DNA of 38,540 nucleotides, taken from the NCBI GenBank assembly GCA_964016885.1, contig CAXHJY010001191.1, positions 1 to 38,540 of the forward strand, read 5' to 3'. Shown piece by piece: positions 25,481 through 38,540 of the stretch. The stretch's first letter is position 1, and the number at the start of each line of letters is the position of its first letter. Below the pieces are notes generated by a model. The model did no database searches, was not told where the DNA came from, and saw only the letters and a list, made by a program, of their open reading frames with translations. The DNA comes from Eledone cirrhosa. Its lineage: Eukaryota. A program made the position numbers and the translations under genes.

Positions 25481-25879
25481 GTACTATTATTATGTTTCCC
25501 CTGCTGTATTGTATGCATTGTAATGCCTACGCCATTTTTATTTTATCTATTTATTTATTTATTTTTGTCTCCGTTTCTGCGCATGCGTTTGCGTGTGTGT
25601 ATAGTGTTTGGTGTGTGTGTTCACGTTTGGGTGTATGTGTTTTGGTTATTGTATTCTATCTTAGTTTATTAGTGTGTGTTTATATGTGTTTGTTGTTATT
25701 GTGCTTGTGTATATATATATATATTTATTTATTTATTTACATTTCTCTTAAGTCAGTATTGTTTGTTTGGGTGTTCTTATTCCATTCACTTTTTATAAAT
25801 AAATAAATAAATAAATAAATAAATATATACACAAGCACAATAACAACAAACATATAAACACACACTAATAAATTAAGAT

Positions 25880-26207
25880 CATCATCATCATCATCATTTC
25901 ATTTTACGTCCGCTTTTTCCCTGCTTGCAAGGGTGGGACGGGAACTGATGCTGGATGCCCTTCCTAACACCAACCTCATTTACAGTGAGTGCTGGGTGCT
26001 TTTTTGCCGTGGCACCTCCACGACCACTTTGCAGTGGAATAATAGGGACCCCAGTCCCTATCATCTCATTTCTACAGCTGAGTAAACTGGAGCAATGTGA
26101 AATAAAGTGTCTTGCTCAAGGAAACAACACATCACCCGGTCTGAGAATTGAACTCACAACCTTTCGATTGCAAGGCCAATGCTCTAACCACTAAGCCATG
26201 TGCCTCC
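25880..26207 (-). mobile_element. Full-length tRNA-derived SINE
   Basis: Near-identical reverse complement of 31101-31443, with a short internal deletion. Confidence 0.92.
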
Positions 26208-26385
26208 ATAGAATACAATAACCAAAACACATACATCCAAACGCGAAGACACACACCAAACACTATGCACACATGCAAACGCATGCGCAGAGACGGAGAC
26301 AAAAATAAATAAATAAATAAATAGATAAAATAAAAATGGAGTAGACACTAAAATACATACAATACAGCAGGGGAAACAATAGTAC

Positions 26386-26423
26386 CACCGATGATGTTGC
26401 CGATGTGTAACGAAAGAACTTTG
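26386..26423 (+). ncRNA. Mutated hammerhead copy (core CCGATGA)
   Basis: Inverted copy of 25443-25480 with a T>C core change and stem II substitutions. Confidence 0.6.
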
Positions 26424-27147
26424 TTAGACTATATATATATATATATCAGTATCTTTGACCGTTGGTCAGTCAGTGATAAACATTGATGGCCAAATGAATT
26501 AACTATGGAGATATAAAAGATACAGAAGCGAAAACCAACCAAACAGTGAGTGTGTTCTGTTATTATTTCTGGCAATATTATTACAACAATATGACCCTCC
26601 CCAAGTATAACAATATTTGTTTCGACACACGATTTCATATAAAAAACCTTGCAAAACAAATATATATATATACACACATACTCACAGAAACATCTATATT
26701 TAGTAGAATGTTCACAGCCAAGACTGAGTAAACTAAAAATTACAGTTGAATAAAAGCATCAACAACATTTTGTTTTTTCCCCTTGTGACTTCGTATTTGA
26801 ACTGTTCTCTAGTTTATATTGATATTGGTGAGAGAAATGCATGCAATAACGAGACACATTTTCCTATTTCAATTAGTGGTAAATATAAATAATATTCACT
26901 TTGGTAACTTTAAATCTGCTTCATTACTATGGAACAAAGCCACTAATATCTTCTTTACAATTAATGATAATCTTATTCTTAGTCAGACAAAGAGGAGTTT
27001 TGTGTGAATGTCTGTTTCTGTTTTTATTTTCATCCTCTTCAAGTAGAATTCAATGTTTAATTACACACACAAACATAAACTCACATACATATAGATGCCC
27101 CTCCCACATGCATATACATTTACACACATGTCTCAACATTAATTACA

Positions 27148-28110
27148 TACTGAAATATGCAGATGACATCAAGCTGTACCTTGAGATAAAAAGGACCGAT
27201 CCTGAACACTATAAATCTTGCCTGCAGTCTGACCTGGACACAATGCAACAATGGATCACAGACTGGCAACTCAAGCTAGCTGTGGACAAGTGTACCACCA
27301 TGCATTTTGGGAGTAAAAACCCAGCGTCCACATACTCCCTCCACAATACTAATATCAAGAAGTCTTCTTGTGAACGTAACCTGGGCATTACTGTCAGTAG
27401 CGATTTGCGTTGGACGAAGCACGTCTCTAAAATTGTCAAGAAGGCCGAGGGTGTCTTAGTATCACTCAGCAAGACCTTTGTCAGCCGCTCTCCAGCTATC
27501 TATTTAAAGCTGTATATAGCTATGGTGCGGCCAGATTTAGAATTTACATCACCAGTCTGGAACCCCTATCTTGCTCAGAACATTGACTGCCTGGAAACTG
27601 TTCAGAGACCAAGCGAATACCCTCCATCAGGCATCTACCATACTTTGAACGCCTTGCTTCCCTGGGCATGGATACATTGAAGCTCCAATGTCTGGCAACT
27701 GACTTGGTAAATACCCACAAAATTACTGACCATCTTGCCAACAACAACCCTGAGTACCTTTTTGATTTCCATGTGTCTGACACACGTGGACATGCCCACA
27801 AAGTCAGAAAACAGCACAGCTCCCATGACTTTCGGAACCATTTTTTCACGCTCAGGTTTGCTGAAGCATGGAACAAACTACCTTCATCAGTTGTTAGCTG
27901 TCGAGACACTGCATCCTTTAAAATCTCCATGCTTCCTGAAATTCGCCACACTACACCTAATATTCCCCCTCCATACACACGCACACATGTATATCATAAC
28001 TCATACACTATTCACTTCCCTGACATTTGAAAAATTATTCTATGTACTATACATGCACCTTTGACGAGTTGTAGTGCACCTGTACACAATAATTTCATTA
28101 TTATTATTAT
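27148..28110 (+). mobile_element. CR1-group LINE, RT C-terminus + 3' UTR
   Basis: KYADDIKLY, KCTTMHFG, ERNLGI, LYIAMVRPDLEF.SPVWNP, TRGH, FFTLRFAEAWNKLP; ends in (ATT)n. Confidence 0.88.
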
Positions 28111-28134
28111 TTTTATTATCTATCTCACTATTCT

Positions 28135-28930
28135 GAAAGTGCCTGTGAAGGTCATGGGCACCATTCATACATTTTTCCTGCTCAATAACAGCCCCCAACT
28201 CCTGTTTATTATAGTCTGCCAGGCCATAACAAAGGAGTTTATAACTGGTTGCTCATGGGAACTTTTCCATGCTGTTGACTTGGTTCTTATAGCTGAATCA
28301 ATGGAACAACTAAAGAAATTCCAGTTGTAAAAACAGAATTTAGAATTAAAATGGTTAATAGTAAACTTAGCAAAGACTAAAGTTTTAGTGAATATAAAAA
28401 AAAAGACATGATTTTCACCTCATCAGTGTAACGTATGGTACTGGTAGACTTTGTATGTGATATATACAGTGACAGTTGATAGTAAGAACACCAGTGAAAT
28501 ACACCTTTTCCAATCCAGGGAAGGTTCCATAGAAGTAGTTGATAACTTTTGTTACCTATGTGACACAATTAGCAGTGGAGGAGGTTGCGCTGGAAGTGTA
28601 ATAGCTAGAATAAGAGGAGGCTGGAAAAAGTTCAGGAAATTCATTACCTACACTGACAACAAAAGAATTCTCTCTCCAAGCAAAATGGAGATGTATGATG
28701 CTTGTTGCATGGTAGTGACTCATGGGAATTAAATGTAGACGATGTGTAGTTGCTGGAAAGAAGCAAAGCAAGCTTTGATGAACGTGTAGCATTAGTATGC
28801 ATGGATGATGAAGCACATGAGTTGAGAGAAAACTGAGTATAAAAATAGTTAGATATTGTATGCAAGAGAGAAGCTGGTGCTGGTACAGACATAGAATGCA
28901 TATGGATGATAGCAGTGGAAAAAAGGATGC
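28135..28930 (+). mobile_element. Degenerate RTE LINE RT fragment
   Basis: QAITKEFITGCSWELFHAVDLVLIAES and SIEVVDNFCYL..ARIRGGWKKFR; parallels 14820-15875. Confidence 0.8.
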
Positions 28931-28984
28931 TAAACAGTGATGATGACAATGATATATATATATGTGTATGTGCATATATATATG

Positions 28985-29130
28985 AAAAACAAAACCTGTT
29001 AATGGGTGGAGGAACTCGAGAGAATCAATGGCCATCTAATAAATCTCTTTTTTTTGTGGAATGAGGAACCCTTAGTCTTCATTAAGACATCTCTCTAGGA
29101 GAAGGTCATTCTGATATAAAACCTGTGACT
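28985..29130 (+). repeat. Diverged copy of the element at 30520-30650
   Basis: aaaaacaaaacctgt...tcaatggccatc...ctaggagaagg...tctgatataa is shared. Confidence 0.65.
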
Positions 29131-29659
29131 TCATTTGCATCTAATGATGCAGATCAGTTCTTCTTTTTGGGACAATGCATTTGATGTTCAGAGAGTGGAA
29201 TTGGACCCATGCAAACCCTTTCCTCACTTAAAAAAGCTTCAAGTACAGGCATCGCTTGATATATGACATTTTTTGTGATGCATGGCATTGCTGGCCATAG
29301 GTAATTCCCTGACAGGAGTAAAAAGCCACGTCTATGATGCTCATGCTTAAGTATCAAGCGATGGCATTACTTGAAATTGAGTTGCAGCCATCATATATAT
29401 ATATAGCAAGAAATTGGAGATTACATGGAGTGAATGATGAGGGCCCTTACACACCAAGACAATGTTGGTGCCATGATGGAATGCACAGTACACTCTGTAC
29501 AGCCATAGAAACCTTGCGAAATATGGAACATATGAGCAAGATGAGTTCCTTCTGACCTGTCTAGTCTCTCATCATGACCATACTTCCAACACATGCCAAC
29601 ATGAAAAGCGGATGTAAAATTATGATGATATATATATATACATATGTATATGTATGTTC

Positions 29660-30290
29660 TTCTCGTTTTATAATTTCACAAATTTTTGCTAATAGAGAGA
29701 GAGTCGGTTCCTAACATAGACACAAGACTCTCTCATTGGAATTTACACAACATCAACTAGGTTGATATGTATGTATGTCTACATGCATGCATGTGTAGAT
29801 AAGGATGTTATTGTATGTGTGGATGTGTATGTTTTGAGTTGTATGTGTGCATGTGTATATGCTTAGTATCAGTACATGTGTATATGCAGTTATTAGATGC
29901 AAAATCTTTGAAATGTTTTACATGTTTTTACTGTTCCATTAATGGCTTGTACTTGTAGTTTCCTAACTAGTTGTGTTCTTTCTGTTCCTGTGAAGCCTAC
30001 CTTCTCAAGATTTGTATTGAAGCAGTTACTAATATATCCCAGAGCCCCAATAATCACAGGCATAAATCTGAAGGTGTAATCAGGGTGGAGTATGTGCAGA
30101 TTTCTCATCAGTTCTGCATAAATATTCTCCTTTTCACTAATCTTTGATATTATATTGGCATCTGCTGGGCAGCTAATTTCCACTACTGTGCATGCTTTCT
30201 TCTCCCTGTCCCATATCATAATATCTGGTCTGTTATGCCTGCATTTTATTGGGGTTTTTACTGGAACATTCCACCAGTACTCTTTCATAT
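29660..30290 (-). mobile_element. R4/Dong-like (RLE-type) non-LTR element 3' end
   Basis: ORF 29893-30537(-): YWWNVPV...HNRPDIMIWDREKK..VVEISCP..EKENIY..PVIIGALG, a restriction-like endonuclease PD..E motif. Confidence 0.85.
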
Positions 30291-30385
30291 AATATATATG
30301 TATGTTTTCCACATTGCTGTATGTATGTATATGTGTGTATGTGTATGTGTGTGTGTATATATGTGTGTATGTATGTATGTGTATC

Positions 30386-30464
30386 AGGTCACCAGTTGGT
30401 GCTACTGGTAACATGTATCCCAGTACAACCTGTCTCATGGTCGGGTCGTTGGCGACTAAACTGG
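30386..30464 (+). ncRNA. Putative degenerate HDV-like ribozyme at the 5' end of an interspersed element
   Basis: P2 CCAGT (30420-24) / ACTGG (30460-64); L3 CC with GG (30443-44); P4 TCG-ttgg-CGA; C-TAA junction; P1 3' CATGGTC against an upstream TAACATG (5 of 7 pairs). Confidence 0.5.
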
Positions 30465-31015
30465 CAACCCCACCAAGGTTTCTTGGTGAGGAGGGTGACT
30501 TTGAACATCCTGCAGGACTAAAAACAAAACCTGTCAAAGGGTAAAGGAGCTCTTAAGAGTCAATGGCCATCCAAAATCACCGGGAGAGATGACCCCTTAG
30601 CCTTTGTCAAGGCAGAATTCTAGGAGAAGGAAAACTCTGATATAACACCTGCAACCCTGATGGTATCCAATGATGTTGACTTGTTGTTCTTTTTGGTAAA
30701 TATCATCTTGGTTAAGAGAGTGGAACTGGCTTTGTGCAGTGCCTTTGCTCACTATAAAAGCTTCACGGCACAGGCATTGCTTTATATCTGGAGATCTTTC
30801 TGCACTTGTCGTCGCATGGTACCATGGGCCCAGCACTATGTGTCAATAATTGTCACAAGTGTAGTGTTTGTACCAGAATTTTCAAGTCGCTGGCTGGACT
30901 AAAAAGTCACACTCGTTCAGCGCATCGGTAGGGGTTCTCCTACATGGGTATAAAGTAGTGGCCGTACTCGAAAACGAGTTGGCAGCCACCATATATATAT
31001 GTGTGTGTGTATGTA

Positions 31016-31049
<34 letters not shown>

Positions 31050-31054
31050 CATAC

Positions 31055-31094
<40 letters not shown>

Positions 31095-31100
31095 ATACAT

Positions 31101-31443
31101 GGAGGCACATGGCTTAGTGGTTAGAGCATTGGCCCTGCAATCGAAAGGTTGTGAGTTCAATTCTCAGACCGGGTGATGTGTTGTTTCCTTGAGCAAGACA
31201 CTTTATTTCATATTGCTCCAGTTTACTCAGCTGTAGAAATGAGATGATAGGGACTGGGGTCGATATCATTCCACTGCAAAGTGGTCGTGGAGGTGCCACG
31301 GCAAAAAAGCACCCAGCACTCACTGTAAATGAGGTTGGTGTTAGGAAGGGCATCCAGCTGTAGAAATCAAGCCAGAATCAGTTCCCGTCCCACCCTTGCA
31401 AGCAGGGAAAAAGCGGACATAAAATGGAATGATGATGATGATG
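31101..31443 (+). mobile_element. Full-length tRNA-derived SINE with (GAT)n tail
   Basis: A box TGGCTTAGTGG, B box GAGTTCAATTC, tRNA-like head, tail gatgatgatgat. Confidence 0.93.
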
Positions 31444-31882
31444 ATACATATATATAACAAAATATCACCTAGAGAAAATCAAACTTGCTCCTGTAGAATC
31501 AAAAGTGAATGCCCATTACAAGGTAAATGCAACACCAAAGCCATTGTATATGCGGCTAAAGTGACAACCATCAGCAACAACCATCCAGCCACCAGTGAAC
31601 GATATGTGGGTATGACGCAAGACAGATTCAAAACGCGTTATTACTCACATGTCGCATCCTTTCGACATCCAGAAAAAAGATTTACAACAGCTCTGGCTAG
31701 CAGAATTTGGGATTTGAAAGACCAAGGCATCCAATATAAACTAGATTGGTCAATTTTGAACCAATCTAAAAAATATGTAGAATAAAGCACATCTGAACTT
31801 TAAATATCTGAACGCCTTGCTGTCTTATTATCCACTCATAGAATTTACCATATGTGTACCCTCTGCTTTGTTGGTTCCTTGA

Positions 31883-32013
<131 letters not shown>

Positions 32014-33378
32014 GTATAGGTGTATGGTTGCAAGAAAGATTGCGTCCTTAAATCACCATGTATGGTTGCAAGAAAGATTGCGTCCTTAAATCACCAAAGA
32101 CCTGCCTGAACACAAAGACGGAAATTTTCACCAGTTGCCCACACATGAAATCACACCTGCTTTCCAGCTCATATAAACTTAACACACTTTCAGATACTTA
32201 TCCTCCATAAACTCTTATTATTCTCTTTTTAATTACCCTTGCTGACTTACTTTCATTTTTATCCTTGTCAATAATTTCATTTATTTTCACTTTTATTTAT
32301 TTTTACTTCACCCCCCCCCCCCCCCTTTTATTCTCCGATCCACTTCCTATTTTCTATTTTTTACTTCCCCTTCTTTTACTTCCCTTTTTCCTCCACTAAC
32401 TGTTTACACTTATCTTTTGTGTTTTTCAATCCAGATATATTTTTCATTTTTATTTTTATTTTATTTTTGCGCAGCCTATCTTACAATTTTATATTTGTAC
32501 TTATTTATCCACATTTCAATATGGCTGAACGCCTTAATGTGTGTATACTTTTTATATATGTACATGAGTGACTACGTATGTGCGCGCACGTGCGTGTATG
32601 TATATGTGTGTATATGTATATATATGTGTATGTGTATATGTGTGTGTGTGTACAGGTGTTTGTGTGTGTGTGTGTATGTATATATTATGCGTATGTGTAC
32701 GTGTCTTTATATCCGTGTTTTTGACATCTCGGTTTTATGTTTTGTTCCTTTTTTTACTTACTCAGTTTTATACGTGGGCATGCAAACAGGTTTATATGCG
32801 TGAGTATAAGTATGTGTGTGTGTGTGTGTGTATGTACGTATCGAACGTATGGAAGTGTAAGTGCGCGTGTTTATATAAGCATAATTATTTTTACATTTCT
32901 TTTGTGAGACACGCGTGTCTGTGTATGTATGTACCCCCCTTTTTTTGTTTTCTTTAATTTTTTCTTTCTAATTTATCGTTATTATATTTTTATAAATATA
33001 TCGAGACTGATACTTTTCTTTTAATTATTACACTCTCTTACCTCTTTTCTTTCCGCACCTAAGCGTACGAGTGTCCAGGCGTTTTATGCGCGCGCCTTCA
33101 TATTCATATATTTACGATGTAACCATTTCTGTCTGTATAATACAGACATATAGATACATTTGCCCTAAATTTTAGATTTACGCACACTTTCTCACTATAC
33201 ATATACATGTACACATATACATATATGCACATCTGTGAGCGTATATACATACATATACACACACCTAACTATATTTCTTGATAGATTTCTATATATTTCA
33301 ATTTCTATTTCATTTAGCTATATCTTTTTTTGATTTTCTTGATGTGTTTTTCTAAGTATTTGCCCATGTTTTATATTG

Positions 33379-33448
33379 CCTCGTCTGACGAACGAATGAA
33401 GTCGTTTATTTCGTATTCGCCTCATTCGGGAAACCTCTGGTAATGAGG
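33379..33448 (+). ncRNA. Type I hammerhead ribozyme with long stem II
   Basis: CCTCGT-CTGACGA-a-CGAATGA...TCATTCG-g-GAAA-CC-tct-GG-TA-ATGAGG: 6-bp stem I, 7-bp stem II, 3-bp stem III, GUA cleavage triplet. Confidence 0.88.
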
Positions 33449-33552
33449 TAATTATATTGTATTGATTTTTATACATTAAATTTTGCTCTGGTACTTACAT
33501 AGAGCATTCTTCACTTCTATGACCTTTTCTGTTTTCAACGGAAATTTCAATA

Positions 33553-33607
<55 letters not shown>

Positions 33608-33849
33608 TGTAACATTTTTCGAAATATTTACTTCAGCGTTCACAGATTGATTTTTTTTAGTTTCAGAAGATCCCGTTAAGGGTGAAAGCAACGATTCTTT
33701 GTTTAAACTTTAATCTGTTATTTTAATATATATATATATATAATTATATATTCGTGTACAGATATTTTTGCATACACAATAACAAAATATAAACAAACGT
33801 ATTTATTTCACGAGGCTCGATAAGGATAAATATATATACGAATGGCGAT

Positions 33850-34260
33850 ATTATATGATAGTGAGACTGGGTGTTGTGTGCTGAAGACTTGTGTAGATGA
33901 GAAAGAAATGAAGCTTGCATGCTCCAATGGATGTGTAATAGTAATCTGCGCGAACGGCGAAGCATAAATGAATTGAGAGAGAGACTAAGCATAAGAGGTA
34001 TCATATGTTGTGTTCTGGAGAGGAGATTGCGTTGGTATGGCCATGTGATGCGTATGAAGGACGGCAACTGTATAGAACTGTGCAGGGCAATGAAAATTGA
34101 TGGAAGCTACGGAGTGGGTAGACCAAGAAAAACCTGGGACGAGTGATAAAAACTGACCTTGCTCACTTACACCTCTCTAAGACAATGTCACTGGATTGAG
34201 ATCTTTGGCGACATGCAGTTGTACAGAAGACCCGCCTGCCCTTGCATACAAACCTAGTCA
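33850..34260 (+). mobile_element. RTE LINE 3' fragment
   Basis: ORF 33919-34146: ELRERLSIRGI..LERRLRWYGHVMRM..GRPRKTW. Confidence 0.85.
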
Positions 34261-34399
34261 GTACGCACCTCTTAACCCAATGTACACCCCACTCCATCCT
34301 CCTTTATATATATATATATATACACGTATATATATTTCGCTATATGTCTCTCCACCACTCCCCTACACACCCTTTGAACTCTGTTCCCACACACTTCTC

Positions 34400-34430
34400 A
34401 CCTGAGGAGGGCTTATGCCCGAAACGTCGT
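34400..34430 (+). ncRNA. Minimal hammerhead ribozyme, copy 1
   Basis: AC-CTGAGGA-GGGC-TTAT-GCCC-GAAA-CGTC-GT; GUC cleavage triplet. Confidence 0.82.
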
Positions 34431-34919
34431 TCCCCACCACCACCCCACTCTCCAGAGCGTGAAATTAATAAACATTCGTTGTACTGCCTCTCTGTTTTGT
34501 TCCTGTTCAAATTTTTCCATTATATATAATACACGCTCACACGGCTTCCATTCCTTTGGAACATAACTTAACTACCGGCTCAACCCCGATCTAATCCGCC
34601 GTGACCATTCTCCGAACTTTACACACCTTCCCACACTTGGTCTTTCCTTCCACGCGTTACCTTTGTTTGATTTTGTTACTGTACTTGTTTATTTCCCTAT
34701 ATGATTCTTTGCCTGTGTTCTTACAATTTTATTTCTATGATTTTTTGTTCACGATTGCCTGTGTTTTTACCTTTATGATTTTTTGTCTTTAATTTTCCTG
34801 TGTATATCATGCTTTATTTTTATTTTTATTTTTAATTTCATTCGCACCGTTTCCTTTCGCTATATGTCTCTCCATCACTCCCCTACACACCTTTTGAACT
34901 CTGCTCCCACACACTTCTC

Positions 34920-34951
34920 ACCTGAGGAAGGGCTTATGCCCGAAACGTCGT
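34920..34951 (+). ncRNA. Minimal hammerhead ribozyme, copy 2
   Basis: AC-CTGAGGA-A-GGGC-TTAT-GCCC-GAAA-CGTC-GT. Confidence 0.82.
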
Positions 34952-35040
34952 TCCCCACCACCACCCCACTCTCCAGAGCGTGAAATTAATAAACATTCGT
35001 TGTACTGCCTCTCTGTTTTGTTCCTGTTCAAATTTTTCCA

Positions 35041-38540
<3,500 letters not shown>

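Larger units (their letters stand above)
25251..26660. mobile_element. PLE remnant forming a large head-to-head inverted repeat, with a SINE in the right arm
   Basis: 25252-25740 mirrors 25796-26612. ORFs 25217(+) and 26429(-) share their translation. The centre on the minus strand encodes KSEWNK, similar to the GIY-YIG end RKHEWN at 11.4 kb. Confidence 0.85.

Noticed and set aside
31101-31175. tRNA gene
   Set aside because: The tRNA-like head runs into a SINE body and (GAT)n tail, with multiple copies in the window.
33662-33695. Hammerhead-like CAGAAGA-T-CCC..GGG-T-GAAA
   Set aside because: The core is altered and stems I and III are unconvincing; at best a decayed copy.

Overview
Eukaryotic, AT-rich, repeat-saturated DNA with no intact host gene that I can support. 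The repeat repertoire (tRNA-headed SINEs with (GAT)n tails, RTE/CR1/Tx1/R4 LINEs, very long (TA)n arrays) resembles an octopod cephalopod genome; this is inference only. The window is bounded by (TA)n arrays (1-1367, 35041-38540). It contains a near-complete 5'-truncated Tx1-like LINE, several Penelope-like elements (PLEs: RT and/or GIY-YIG), RTE, CR1-group and R4/Dong-like LINE fragments, a non-autonomous Helitron carrying a pogo-transposase fragment, three MITEs (hAT-, piggyBac- and TA-flanked), and many SINEs. The most notable signal is non-coding. About ten type I minimal hammerhead ribozyme (HHR) motifs of several distinct families sit in PLE terminal repeats. One pair lies in a non-coding direct-repeat unit that looks like a retrozyme (34335-35045). 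A degenerate HDV-like ribozyme lies at about 30.4 kb. Three PLE insertions share the same head-to-head inverted-pLTR geometry. Most long ORFs in the supplied track are microsatellite artefacts. All alignments and folds were done by eye.
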